From the IMG/VR virus record IMGVR_UViG_3300044627_003892: a stretch of 64,000 bases of DNA. One strand, given 5' to 3'. Of this stretch, positions 20,630 to 31,793 are shown one piece after another. A program made the translations under genes and the position numbers. Position 1 is the first letter of the stretch. Each line of letters starts with the position of its first letter. The notes below the pieces were generated by a model, which saw nothing but the letters and a program-made list of their open reading frames with translations, searched no databases and was not told where the DNA came from. Source of the DNA: a virus (Duplodnaviria; Caudoviricetes).

Positions 20630-23600
20630 TTATAAAGAGTTCAATTCTGTGTCAAAATACTTCTTAATAGTGTCTTGTAATTTATCCAATTCAGTTTTAT
20701 TAGTTTCTTTAAATTTGTCATAATCAATGTCAGTCTGATATGGGAAATATTTTAAATAACATTTAGCAAATTCTTTTGCGTATTCCACAGAATTTGCAAA
20801 GTTTAAAACTTCATTTTTAAATAACCTACCAAATCTAGAATTTAATAATTTTACACTATTTTCAGGAGTATTAAAAACAAAATAAGGTTGACTTACACTA
20901 TTAATCTCTAAACAAATATATAATTTATCAACAATATATTGTTTATTAGTTCCACCAATAATATCAGTACTTACAGGTATATTGGCTAAATTATTATTAT
21001 AAACTTTTAATCCAGTTCCGCTATCATTTTCTAAAAGTATTAAAGTATAAATTAATTTTTTTCTTTCATTATCACTTACATATTCATTAATATAAGCTAC
21101 TATTTCAGAATAAGTTAGTGTTGTTGTTGTTGTTGAGGTTAACACATATTCACTAAATGTTGCACCTGAAGGTTCACAATTAGCGGTTGATGGGTTGGCC
21201 TGATTATTAATATTTTCAATAGCTATTGCCGAAATTTCAGTTTGTGTTCTATTAGGCAATGGGCTAATAGTATTTTGAGATGTTTTACTCTGTTGTACTA
21301 TATTTTGTAAAAGTTCTCTTTTAATTGTTTGTAACAATTGGTCAACAGTCGGTAAAGTAAATACACTCATTCTTGTGCCAGTAAATGTTGTCTCAAAATT
21401 ACCACTACTTATTGAGTGTGAAACACTTGTAATTAAATACGTACCACCAAATAAAGGCATATTTCTTAATATAAAATACATACTTGGTTGTATCATAACA
21501 TTACCAAACGAATTAACTGACGCTTCATAACTTCTTAATTTATATAAATTATATAATGATACGTTTTGTGTCGATGTTGTTGTTCCATTCGCTAAATTAG
21601 CCATTTCAAATTCTCGATATAACGATTCACTTGTTGGTTTACCTAAATCTTGTGATACTGAAACATTTTTAAATATACTTTGATTTTGAAGACCAAAGTC
21701 AACCGAAAATCCTACTACTTTATTAGATAAACCACAAACCTTATTACCTGTTGAACTATCAACCAATGGTTGTTGAGCAGCTCTTTTTAAATCAAAACCG
21801 TCATTATTATAACCATTTGCGGTATCAGGATTTTCCAATTGTTTTGACGCTTGGTCAACATACATACAAACATATTTAGTTTTTGTTTGTTGATAATCAA
21901 CATTTGTAAAAGTACCAAAAAGAGAATTCGCAAAACTAACTGGTTCACCACTTGGTGGTTCACAGTCAATAGACGGGTCATTAATACCATAAAAATTTAT
22001 GTAACCAGGAATAATAAAAGGCGTAAAATGGTGTTGAATTAAAATACTATCTATTATCGCATTAACAGGACCATCAATTGTTTTTAATAAATCTTTAACT
22101 TTAAAAACATCAACATAAATTTTATCCCCAATATCTCTGTTTGCTCTATCTAAAAATAAAAAATCTTCAAATAAAGTTTCAGAATTATAATTATGTCCAG
22201 CAATCCAAGTGTCATTCATTGCCTTAAATTTCTCATATTTCTCAACTTTTGATTGTAAACCATCAATATTCGATTGTTGCGTACTATAAGGATTTATTTT
22301 TTGTACGGATGGTAAACTTTTTGATATTTGTATGAATGTTTGATTAAATAAACTAGATAATTCACTGTCAAAAGTTGTTAAAATAGAATCAATTGTTGTT
22401 TTAAAACTTGTACTATCAAAAACACCATTTGTATATTGTTGTAATTTTTTAGTCGCGAAAACTTTAATTACATTTTGATAATAAATAATGTTACTACTTG
22501 TAAACTCAATATTCATCGTTGGAAAAAAATCGGTTATAAATGACCCGTCATCACTATAAATTAATTGGGATATCGTTGAGAACCCAACATACAGTTCTAA
22601 AGTTTTCCAAGCTTCGGGATATAATAATTGTGAATCCGCTAATGTAATTGTTCCTCCCGATGTTGGTAATGAATTATTAATATAACCACCTGGTGGTATT
22701 GTATTTAACAATGGGTTTGATGAAACACTACTAAAAATTCTTTTATCGTATTTTTTAGGATTACCAATTGATATTAGTTTATTATAACTAATATGTGAAT
22801 TTAAAATAATAGATTGTTGAGTTATCTGATTCTCACGTATCAAATTAATATTTGCCACCGTTGAGTTATCAGGATTTTTATCCGTGGTAAGTATATTTTT
22901 AATTACATTATAAAATTTTTCTTTTTCGGTGTCTTTATTTGGTGATTTTGCGTAATTCAAAAAAACACTTTCAATCATATCTAATTCATCTTTTGAAAAT
23001 ACTGAAAAAATTTCTTCAATTGAATCGTACTCATCTTCAGCAAATAATTCAAAAGGTGTTTGTATTGCGATACTTCCAATATATATTCTTTTTAAATATT
23101 TGTCAGGGGGATTAATTATAAATTGTGTAGTATCAAAGTAACCATAGTTAGGTCCTCCCCACAATAACCTAACACTACCATTATACATACTATTATTATT
23201 AATTAATGAATTTCGAACAAAAGGAAGACCTGATGAATTATCAATCATTTCAGCAACTAATTGATTACTTGTTGCGGATGTTTCAGTATCATATATTCCA
23301 AATGATGGAGTAATAACATATTTATTCGCTTGTATATCTTTAACTAATACACTCAGGCTACTGATTTTAACCATCTTAGTACTACCAGGTGTTGTAACAA
23401 TATCAAAACCAACTGTTGTTCCTGAACTATCTAAAATCCAAATATTTTTTGATGTAATCGCATCATTAATTTTATTCTGAATATCAATTGTTGTATCTGC
23501 GGATAAAAATAAATTAACACCATTAACTAAATAATAAAAATCATTTATTAATTTTGGATAAAATCCTAAAGTGAAACCTTGTGAAGAAGGTTCATCTTGT

Positions 23601-26600
23601 TGTAAAACGATTGTATTGTTTTGGATAATATATGGAGTATTTACCTGACCATTAACTGGGTCATAGTTATTAGCGTAATCAAAATTATTCCAAACATTTG
23701 ATAGGATATCAACACCATTTTCTTTCCAATTTTTATATCTATACCATATAGAACCAAGTTTTGCAATCCATGGTAATGGTAATGCGTGAATACCTGAATA
23801 TTTTTTTAACGTTGTTGATACGAAATCTTGTTTTTTAGTTACTCCACCCGCCAAAATATTAGCCAAGTCATTAAATACATATCTTTCTCTTGTTGTGGTT
23901 AAAGGTAAACTGTTCAAAAATAAATAAGACGCACTTATATATGGGTGGTCAGAACCACTTCTTTCATTTTCAATACCTTCCTGTATAGCGTTAATAAAAT
24001 ATGGAGTATTTAGGATTGATGTTGTTTGAGATTGTGTCAACTGTGAGTTTGTGCAAGTAATTTTACCTTCAGTAAAAATATATTTATCAACAGTCCTATT
24101 TGTATAAAAGGTATTTAAATTTACTTCTGATGAAATAATTTTATTACTTGTAATTTTTAAATCAACAATTGGTAAATTAGGTAAACTACCATTATACCCC
24201 AATGGTCCAATAGCTTCATTTACATCATAATTCGCAATTTTTTTATTATACGTATTATAAAATAGTGAAGATTCGGTACTGTATATTAAGTATTTATTTA
24301 AAATTACGCCGTTTTCTAAGTTATTTTGACACCATGTTAAATCAACAAATGGATATATATCCAAAGAATTTGTTGCGTATGTAACATTTTTTAGGGTGTC
24401 CGATACTAAAGTAGTTAAGTTTGCACCAACTAATTGACTTTGTTCAGGTAAATCTTTATTTAAAATTTTAAAAGAATTATTAACTCTATCAATTAGATAT
24501 TGAGTAGTAAGAAACCCATTTGAATATTTTGCATAACTAACAGGGAAAGTAGATAGTAAATCATTAAATGTTGTTATAGTCCTGTAAGGTCCATATTTAA
24601 GAATATTAATTATTTCTCCATTGTCATATCTGAGTGATTCGTTCATGTTAGCAAACTCAGTTTGACTTAAAAAAAGAAGAACATTATTAAACCCTAAATC
24701 ACCTGAAAATCCATTAAGAGTTACAATTAATTGTAATCTTTCCATAATTTCAAAAAAGAAATTAGGCATTTCCAAAACACTATATGGTATATTTGATGGT
24801 ATTGTATCAAAACCTGAAATTAAATTTCTTAAAATAACATTGGTATCTTCTTGAGGTTGTGGTGTGGTCGCCGGAATATCTCTCATAATAAAACCTTTAA
24901 CATATTCCTCAACAAACTCTACTTCAGGCCAAGCCTCATAATCATTTGCACCTGTTTGATTTATATAATTAGGGTCACCAGGATATTGTATTTCAAGTTT
25001 TTCAACGCCATCAATAGTTTTACCAACCAAATATTGTGGCCAAGGATAAACAATTGGAGCAACCTCATTTTCTTTTTTATCAAATCCTCCAATACTTTGT
25101 TGTCTTTTTTTACTCTCTCTTTGATTAAACGCCTTTGTATGTACGTCTTCTAACAATAATAAATAAGCTTCTGCCGATGCCATAATTACCCCAATAATAT
25201 TTCGTATTGTTGGTTGAAATCCTATACCTTTAGATGATTGTAACAATTCTCCAAGTTGTTCCGAAAGTTTTGTTTCTAATTCTTCTTTATAAGAATTTAA
25301 TTTTTTTGTGATTTTTTGAATATATGCTGAAAATCCATTTTTACTTTCAACACTAAAAATAAAAGGAAATGATGTATCCGAATAAACAAGTATATCAATT
25401 TCTAATTTTAATTCGTCTCTTTGGACATCAGTAAATGTTGTTCCCCCATATCTTTTAATTGCAGTTTTATCAATATCAAAATTATTAGTATCTAAAAAAG
25501 GTATTAAAGAATTTACAATATCTTCCTTCTTAATTGGGATACTATATAAACCTCCTGTATCCCCAAATGTTTGATTTTTATTAAGAATAGCAACTTTATT
25601 TTCAATTATAGTTGTTAATTCGGTATATACTTTACTAAAATACGTTATGTCCGCAGTACCAGCAGAAAGATACGTATAAACATTAAAATTATTAGTATCT
25701 TCTTTAACAACGAAAGGTTTTGATAAATCAAGATTTTTATTAAACCAAGAATCACTATATAAATAAATTTCAGAATTTAGTTGTTCTAATGTTTTTAAAT
25801 ATTTTTCATAATCAGTTAACGGATTTAATGAAACTTGTCCTAATTCCTCTAAACTTGTATTAATGAAATTTTCTAATCGAGTAATTAATGATTGTATAGT
25901 TAACTCTGGAAAATTTTTATCTAATAAACCTTTTGATTTATATTTCTTATAAACCTCAACAATTTTATTATACCCTAAAAATGTTGTAGATTTTTTAAAA
26001 TCTTGTGTGACATTATTATTAACTAAAGTCCCACTATTGTAATTATTAATTACATCTGTTTGATACATTTGAGGAACTGCATATAAATCAGTCATAAATA
26101 TATCTTTTAAAACCGTAAAATTGTAAGCGGTTAATGATAAAGTTATTTCAAAATTTCCTGTTCCCGAATTAAACGCCCCATGAAATTTAGTAAGAAATAA
26201 TTGATATCTAATTGCTTTACCATACCATCCTTTTAAAGTTAAATAAAATACAGGATAAGGTAAGTTAAAAAACGCAGAGTAAATCGAGTCGTTACCACTT
26301 TCAAATAAAGCTCTACCTCTAACATCTTCTAAGTTTATAGTAAATTCTGCAATATAAGCCTGATTAGCTTTATAACTAATTTGTGTTATACCTAATAACT
26401 CTCCATTAATTTCTTGTTGAGTTAAATCTTTGGATTGTAACTCAGTCCAATTAGTTGTTAAATAATCGTTACCTGTTGGTTTTAAAAAATTAATCTTACC
26501 AAGGCCTATTGTCCTAAGTTGTGAATTGTTATTACCTCCAACAATTAATTTACTTCTTGGTTGTAAGTTACATTCCAAGTTAGCGTACATCACTAATTCT

Positions 26601-26710
26601 TCTTGAGCAATATTTCTATCCCCTACCTGTCCATTAGGTAAATCAACTTTATTAGGGTTAACTACAAAAATGTTTTGATAGTCATTTTCAATATGTATAT
26701 TATCTGCCAT
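20630..26710 (-). CDS. Giant baseplate hub protein (gp27/VgrG/GPD-like termini with a very large insertion)
   Basis: 2026 aa. C-terminal GNVMIQPSMYFILRNMPLFGGTYLITSVSHSISSGNFETTFTGTR resembles the hub C-terminal strands. It follows the LysM/gp53-like gene, as in contractile-tail gene order. Confidence 0.6.
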   Translation of the reverse strand: MADNIHIENDYQNIFVVNPNKVDLPNGQVGDRNIAQEELVMYANLECNLQPRSKLIVGGNNNSQLRTIGLGKINFLKPTGNDYLTTNWTELQSKDLTQQEINGELLGITQISYKANQAYIAEFTINLEDVRGRALFESGNDSIYSAFFNLPYPVFYLTLKGWYGKAIRYQLFLTKFHGAFNSGTGNFEITLSLTAYNFTVLKDIFMTDLYAVPQMYQTDVINNYNSGTLVNNNVTQDFKKSTTFLGYNKIVEVYKKYKSKGLLDKNFPELTIQSLITRLENFINTSLEELGQVSLNPLTDYEKYLKTLEQLNSEIYLYSDSWFNKNLDLSKPFVVKEDTNNFNVYTYLSAGTADITYFSKVYTELTTIIENKVAILNKNQTFGDTGGLYSIPIKKEDIVNSLIPFLDTNNFDIDKTAIKRYGGTTFTDVQRDELKLEIDILVYSDTSFPFIFSVESKNGFSAYIQKITKKLNSYKEELETKLSEQLGELLQSSKGIGFQPTIRNIIGVIMASAEAYLLLLEDVHTKAFNQRESKKRQQSIGGFDKKENEVAPIVYPWPQYLVGKTIDGVEKLEIQYPGDPNYINQTGANDYEAWPEVEFVEEYVKGFIMRDIPATTPQPQEDTNVILRNLISGFDTIPSNIPYSVLEMPNFFFEIMERLQLIVTLNGFSGDLGFNNVLLFLSQTEFANMNESLRYDNGEIINILKYGPYRTITTFNDLLSTFPVSYAKYSNGFLTTQYLIDRVNNSFKILNKDLPEQSQLVGANLTTLVSDTLKNVTYATNSLDIYPFVDLTWCQNNLENGVILNKYLIYSTESSLFYNTYNKKIANYDVNEAIGPLGYNGSLPNLPIVDLKITSNKIISSEVNLNTFYTNRTVDKYIFTEGKITCTNSQLTQSQTTSILNTPYFINAIQEGIENERSGSDHPYISASYLFLNSLPLTTTRERYVFNDLANILAGGVTKKQDFVSTTLKKYSGIHALPLPWIAKLGSIWYRYKNWKENGVDILSNVWNNFDYANNYDPVNGQVNTPYIIQNNTIVLQQDEPSSQGFTLGFYPKLINDFYYLVNGVNLFLSADTTIDIQNKINDAITSKNIWILDSSGTTVGFDIVTTPGSTKMVKISSLSVLVKDIQANKYVITPSFGIYDTETSATSNQLVAEMIDNSSGLPFVRNSLINNNSMYNGSVRLLWGGPNYGYFDTTQFIINPPDKYLKRIYIGSIAIQTPFELFAEDEYDSIEEIFSVFSKDELDMIESVFLNYAKSPNKDTEKEKFYNVIKNILTTDKNPDNSTVANINLIRENQITQQSIILNSHISYNKLISIGNPKKYDKRIFSSVSSNPLLNTIPPGGYINNSLPTSGGTITLADSQLLYPEAWKTLELYVGFSTISQLIYSDDGSFITDFFPTMNIEFTSSNIIYYQNVIKVFATKKLQQYTNGVFDSTSFKTTIDSILTTFDSELSSLFNQTFIQISKSLPSVQKINPYSTQQSNIDGLQSKVEKYEKFKAMNDTWIAGHNYNSETLFEDFLFLDRANRDIGDKIYVDVFKVKDLLKTIDGPVNAIIDSILIQHHFTPFIIPGYINFYGINDPSIDCEPPSGEPVSFANSLFGTFTNVDYQQTKTKYVCMYVDQASKQLENPDTANGYNNDGFDLKRAAQQPLVDSSTGNKVCGLSNKVVGFSVDFGLQNQSIFKNVSVSQDLGKPTSESLYREFEMANLANGTTTSTQNVSLYNLYKLRSYEASVNSFGNVMIQPSMYFILRNMPLFGGTYLITSVSHSISSGNFETTFTGTRMSVFTLPTVDQLLQTIKRELLQNIVQQSKTSQNTISPLPNRTQTEISAIAIENINNQANPSTANCEPSGATFSEYVLTSTTTTTLTYSEIVAYINEYVSDNERKKLIYTLILLENDSGTGLKVYNNNLANIPVSTDIIGGTNKQYIVDKLYICLEINSVSQPYFVFNTPENSVKLLNSRFGRLFKNEVLNFANSVEYAKEFAKCYLKYFPYQTDIDYDKFKETNKTELDKLQDTIKKYFDTELNSL

Positions 26711-27023
26711 AATAGAAGAACTGTTGCTCTAATGCACCTTTATAATCTAATAAGGAATTAATTAAAGGGAATGGTATCGTTAAAACGGCATTATTTGGAA
26801 TATTAATTTCGGAACCACCATATTTACCATTTGCTTGTAAAATTAACCATCCAAAAAAAGGTGTCCCATAATACAATTGTGATATCTTATCTAATCTTGA
26901 TTGTCCAATAATATATATGTGTTTTTTATCGGTTGATTTAGATTGTAAATTAACATATGGTACAACTGTTTGCTGACCATTAACTATAAATCCATCATAT
27001 CTATTATAATATTGTAACGCCAT
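26700..27023 (-). CDS. LysM-like baseplate protein (T4 gp53 / P2 gpX-like)
   Basis: RLDKISQLYYGTPFFGWLILQAN...IPNNAVLTIP. Confidence 0.8.
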   Translation of the reverse strand: MALQYYNRYDGFIVNGQQTVVPYVNLQSKSTDKKHIYIIGQSRLDKISQLYYGTPFFGWLILQANGKYGGSEINIPNNAVLTIPFPLINSLLDYKGALEQQFFYYGR

Positions 27024-30000
27024 TAGTTGAATTGTTTTTTACCAATAAAAAATTGTTTATCGTTATTAGAATTAACCGTAGAAAATAATTCTCGTAAAAA
27101 ATCTAGTTCAGTATAAATAACCCCATTGGTGTCATAATTAAATATTCTGTCAACACCTTTAACTGAATTCCCCCCGTTTGTTGGGTTAAACTCCAAATAT
27201 GGTTTCATCTCGGGACCTTTTTTAAATTCATCAAAACTTTCCACAGTTGCGGTATTCCAACTATTTAAAATACTAGTTATTTCTTCTGTTGATTGGATTA
27301 CAGTAGTTCTTACTTCACCTGAAGTACTCGGTATTAGATTAGTAATTAGAGCGTCAATAAATTGTTGATTTTTTGTACTATCTTTTAAATCATCATAAAA
27401 TAACGTAAATAAAAGATTGTTTGAATTTGCGGTAATCCCTTGAAAACCTCCAGCGGCTAAAGTCGTAAACTGAAAATATGGTGCTCCGCTATTACTCGGT
27501 AAAAATTCTTTTGATGATAGTAAATTATAAAAATTTGTAATCCCTGAAGAAACTATTGCGTAGTCATCACTAAATTTACTGTCGATACTAATTTTATAAC
27601 CTTTTGGTTCACCGTTAGTTAATATTTTCCCATCCAATTCAAGTCCGATAACCGTATTTAATTTAAGAATATTTTGTATATATTCAGCTTGTTTATTAGC
27701 GAAAACCTGAGCGTCAGAATTAACATTTAAAAAAGAGTTATTGATTTTAGTATCAATTAAACTTTTATAATTATCCTTTACTCTTTTAACATCAAGAACA
27801 CCTAATCCCGGTTTGTCAATTAAGGCTTTAATAATAAATTCACTTCCATCATCAATATCGGATTTTAATTGGGTAGCAACTTTATTTAAATTTTCACTAG
27901 TACTACTTGGTTTACCATAAATTTTAGCGGCGTTTATTGTATTACCTGAAAGATTAATATCTCCAATAATATAGTTTCTATCAAATGTCATTTGAGCGTA
28001 AATTCCAAAATTATAATTATTTATTGAACTTTCAATAAAATTTAAAGTTGTTAAAAAATAATCTTGTGTTTGAGTAATATAGTTATCAAAGAAATTTTTA
28101 TACTGAATAGTACCTGTTTGAGTATCACCAGATGGAATTGTTGTTAAAATATCCCCAATTGTTTTAGTTGCTGAAGGTATATTTTGAATATCATTGAATG
28201 TTGCCAACGGTTCCGCTAAAGTAATTGCCGTAAATAAAGCGTCATCCAATGCTGTAGTATCTTCAGTTGCTTCAGCCCTTTCATCATACATTTCAGTATT
28301 TGCATAGTAATTAAATGAAAGAGCATTTTGTAATTTATCAATAGGTCCTTTTAATCCACTACCCCCAATAAATTTAAGACTCATAGTTATTTTTGCAATC
28401 ATTGGTTGTAATCCAATACCTTCAGGATTAATATCTAAATTTTCATATTGTATTTGTATCGTTTCAGGAATTGCCTTTGTATTATAGAAATCACCAACTC
28501 TAATAACTAATACAGGTGGAGTACCAAAATTAGTGTTAAACGTTGATGTTGATGTATCTTGTTCACCTTGCTCATTAATAACAGGTATTGTATTACCGGG
28601 TCTTGCACACTGTTGTATAAAAGTTAATCGACTATTTAATCCTTCAGGAGTAATAGCATGAAATGCTGGTTGAAATAATTTTATTTTATCAGTAATTGAT
28701 GTATATGCAAATGGGTCAGTTTGTTTTAAAACTTCAAAATAATCACATTCATTTAAAAGTTTTGTTCTTAATAATCTTTTACTTAAATTCTTTTTTTGAA
28801 TATCTACAGGAGATGGTGGTTTTGGTAATCCGTTAATTGCGGTTTGATTTGCAATGTTTTCAGAATTAGTACTTGAACCGGCGTTTGCGTTTGACGGATT
28901 TTTAGGTGTTACATTAATACTTTTAAAACTTACATATCTTGAACACATTGCAACAACACTATAAGTTTCAGCATCTCCGTTTAAATCAACATTACAATCA
29001 ACAAATGTTGGCATTCCACTATTGTCTTTAGTTTCAGCATTTGTTAAAAGTAAATTTGAATAAATAAATTTAACTGCCTCACTTTGGATATACTTACCTA
29101 AAGATTCGTTATCTTCAGTTAAATTAGAGAAAAATAATTTTAAAGAGTCAATATACGCTTTGTTATTTGATTCACTTGAATTATCCCCAATACCTGGAAA
29201 TTTAACTCCATTCATTTCTATAACAACTTCACAATTTTGTGATGTTACCGCTTTTAATATTTCACTTCTTAATAGTACTAATTTATCATAGTTTTGAGTT
29301 ATTACTGGAAATAAAAGTGAAGTACCACTTGTATAAACATACCCACTGTAAATTGGTTTTTGGAGCATATACTGATTATAAAGTGTTTCATAATCAGTAC
29401 TTGAAGCGGTATCGGTATCTATTTCCGGAAAAAACGCACCATATCCTTGATATGTAGAGAAATTTGGTAAATCTTTGGCAACTGAATCACCTTCTTTTAA
29501 ATCTGAATTAATTAACGTTGCTTGTTCTGCTGAAGTTTGATTACTTGAGAGAACACTTTCTTGTAATTCTTTAAGGGTATTTAAATCTAATGTCGCAAAT
29601 TTTGCCGCTAATGTATATAAATCAAATTTAGCGGCTCCTGCAAAAAATGATTCAATAACCGAATCTTTCTTTTCAGTTAAATCATTCTGTAATTCTTTTT
29701 TAGCAATCAAATTTAAAACAGAAGGGTGGTCTACAATAATTGAAAATGATAACGAACCGCTCCTACTCGTTTCTTTATATGTGTAAATTGGTTCAGGTCT
29801 ACCTAAAAATGATGTTCCGTCAAAATTAGGAGAAACAGTTTCACCAAATGTTAAATCATATGGTGGAAACCACATTATTCTACCTCCATTAGGTCCTTTT
29901 TCACATCCAGGCAAATCATTAAACAAGGCACTTCCTTTCCAAGCTAAATTTTCAATTGAAAACATGTATTTCTTAACTTGTCCTCCAATAATATTTGTTG

Positions 30001-31753
30001 ACCCTTGTCCTTTCCACGGTGCAATATTTAAATTATATGTAGAATCAAGAACAGAATTACTAAACTTTCTTATGTTACCATTAGTTTCACTACCACTTGT
30101 ATTTGCAACCGTACTTTGTAAATCTTGGTACAACTGATATGGTTTATCTTTGGTAAATAATCTTCCATATTCTTTACCTACTAATTTACCGTTAGTATTT
30201 TCGTATCTAATAACTTTAGAACCTTTTGTTAATTCTTTATATCCATCATTAAAAACTTTTGACATTTGATTAATTGCGTTACCGGCATGTAATCTTCTGG
30301 CTAATCCACTGGTAGGTGCCGAATCAATTAATCTTTGAGTATTATCTAATATTGAACCTCGTTTAAACTCATAATTTAAAGATGATGAATATCTATCACT
30401 TAGATTAAATGCAGTGTTATTACTAAAATCAACACCAAATGATTCACCTTCAGGTCCAAATAAATCACCAAAGTCTTCATCACCTGTTCTTGTCCAAACA
30501 AATCCTCCAACAAGAGTATTATTATCATTTAAACCAAAAGCAAAGTTTTGGTCACCTTCATATAACTTACCAACAGCATCAGGACCTAATACAACTGCAC
30601 CAGTTGGTTCTCCGTACCCATTATCAGGTGTTTGACCTGCGGGTGATGTTGTGTATTTTAATTCGTCTTTACCTCCAACATATAGATTACCACTATCATC
30701 TTGAGAATTTCTTCTCCCAATATCACCAAATATGTTATTTAACACCTGACCAGCTCTTGTGATATTTCTATCATAGTTTGGACTATATCGGTTATATTCT
30801 AAATTAGCAAATAAAATTGATTTTTGGCCACCACCAGTATTTGCTAAAAATTTTACTGAAGCACTACCGTCATTATTACTTAATCTTTGAACATATCTAC
30901 CAAGACCTGTTTTAGGTTGTCTTGGTGAAAAGTTAAAGTAATCTCCTTCAATTGGTGAAAATGGTAAATAGGCACCTGTTATTCTTTGTCCTAAATCAGC
31001 CGTAAAATCTAAAACCCCATCAGGAACTGTAATATGATAATCTAAATAACTTAATTGAATTTGATTAGACGCAAGTAAACTTGATTGTAAAGGATTACTA
31101 TTAATTGATAAGTTATTAGCAACACTTGTTTGTTGTAGTTCTTGAGCAATTCTATATTGAAACGCTTTTCTTAATTCAAGAACGGATATTTGTAATAAGT
31201 ATGAATCTTGTTGTACTAAACTATCACCACCAAAAATCAAATCAGCTAATGAATAATTCCCAACAACAAATGGTAAATTTAATGGATTGTAATCAGTGGT
31301 ACCTCCATTTTTTGCTAAAATTTTTGTATCTGCAAAAAATAACCCTTCATAACCACCGTTGGGAATAAATTTATTACTAACTTCCGCCAAGTTAATCCAT
31401 TGTTCATTAATCAAATCCATATTGGTATCGTTTTGTAACGGCCAATATTCTAATTGATTAGTTGAATTTTCATTTACCTGTCCTGTTGTCTTATTAATAA
31501 AACCTGAAGCGTCTTGGAAACCTCCTGTAGGACCGTATTGATTTGGTATAATTTCTTGTTGAGCTTCAGTAAAAATTTCATTATTAACATTTGGTGAGTC
31601 AATAACTGAGTTGTCAGCAACATTTACCTCATAATATGGGTTAGAAATTGAAGATTGGAAAGCCCCCTCAACATTGTATGGTTTTAGGTTTCTTGTGACA
31701 AGACGATTCCTAAAAAACTCTGAACTTGAATAATCTAAAGCGCTTTCACTCAT
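27023..31753 (-). CDS. Giant tail-tube initiator-like baseplate protein (T4 gp48/gp54-like segments)
   Basis: 1576 aa directly after the tape measure gene. Contains WFPPYDLTF...GRPEPIYTYKETSRSGSLSF and PPVLVIRVGDFYNTK...QPMIAKITMSLKFIGG segments. Confidence 0.55.
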   Translation of the reverse strand: MSESALDYSSSEFFRNRLVTRNLKPYNVEGAFQSSISNPYYEVNVADNSVIDSPNVNNEIFTEAQQEIIPNQYGPTGGFQDASGFINKTTGQVNENSTNQLEYWPLQNDTNMDLINEQWINLAEVSNKFIPNGGYEGLFFADTKILAKNGGTTDYNPLNLPFVVGNYSLADLIFGGDSLVQQDSYLLQISVLELRKAFQYRIAQELQQTSVANNLSINSNPLQSSLLASNQIQLSYLDYHITVPDGVLDFTADLGQRITGAYLPFSPIEGDYFNFSPRQPKTGLGRYVQRLSNNDGSASVKFLANTGGGQKSILFANLEYNRYSPNYDRNITRAGQVLNNIFGDIGRRNSQDDSGNLYVGGKDELKYTTSPAGQTPDNGYGEPTGAVVLGPDAVGKLYEGDQNFAFGLNDNNTLVGGFVWTRTGDEDFGDLFGPEGESFGVDFSNNTAFNLSDRYSSSLNYEFKRGSILDNTQRLIDSAPTSGLARRLHAGNAINQMSKVFNDGYKELTKGSKVIRYENTNGKLVGKEYGRLFTKDKPYQLYQDLQSTVANTSGSETNGNIRKFSNSVLDSTYNLNIAPWKGQGSTNIIGGQVKKYMFSIENLAWKGSALFNDLPGCEKGPNGGRIMWFPPYDLTFGETVSPNFDGTSFLGRPEPIYTYKETSRSGSLSFSIIVDHPSVLNLIAKKELQNDLTEKKDSVIESFFAGAAKFDLYTLAAKFATLDLNTLKELQESVLSSNQTSAEQATLINSDLKEGDSVAKDLPNFSTYQGYGAFFPEIDTDTASSTDYETLYNQYMLQKPIYSGYVYTSGTSLLFPVITQNYDKLVLLRSEILKAVTSQNCEVVIEMNGVKFPGIGDNSSESNNKAYIDSLKLFFSNLTEDNESLGKYIQSEAVKFIYSNLLLTNAETKDNSGMPTFVDCNVDLNGDAETYSVVAMCSRYVSFKSINVTPKNPSNANAGSSTNSENIANQTAINGLPKPPSPVDIQKKNLSKRLLRTKLLNECDYFEVLKQTDPFAYTSITDKIKLFQPAFHAITPEGLNSRLTFIQQCARPGNTIPVINEQGEQDTSTSTFNTNFGTPPVLVIRVGDFYNTKAIPETIQIQYENLDINPEGIGLQPMIAKITMSLKFIGGSGLKGPIDKLQNALSFNYYANTEMYDERAEATEDTTALDDALFTAITLAEPLATFNDIQNIPSATKTIGDILTTIPSGDTQTGTIQYKNFFDNYITQTQDYFLTTLNFIESSINNYNFGIYAQMTFDRNYIIGDINLSGNTINAAKIYGKPSSTSENLNKVATQLKSDIDDGSEFIIKALIDKPGLGVLDVKRVKDNYKSLIDTKINNSFLNVNSDAQVFANKQAEYIQNILKLNTVIGLELDGKILTNGEPKGYKISIDSKFSDDYAIVSSGITNFYNLLSSKEFLPSNSGAPYFQFTTLAAGGFQGITANSNNLLFTLFYDDLKDSTKNQQFIDALITNLIPSTSGEVRTTVIQSTEEITSILNSWNTATVESFDEFKKGPEMKPYLEFNPTNGGNSVKGVDRIFNYDTNGVIYTELDFLRELFSTVNSNNDKQFFIGKKQFN

Positions 31754-31793
31754 TGGGTGATTTTATTAATAAATAGAATGACTTGGTATTTTT

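Noticed and set aside
28930-29230. OmpA-like peptidoglycan-binding domain in the insert of the 1576-aa protein
   Set aside because: Only a faint resemblance (IEMNG...AMCSRYV). The diagnostic N..LS..RA and NRRV motifs are absent. It would need a profile search.
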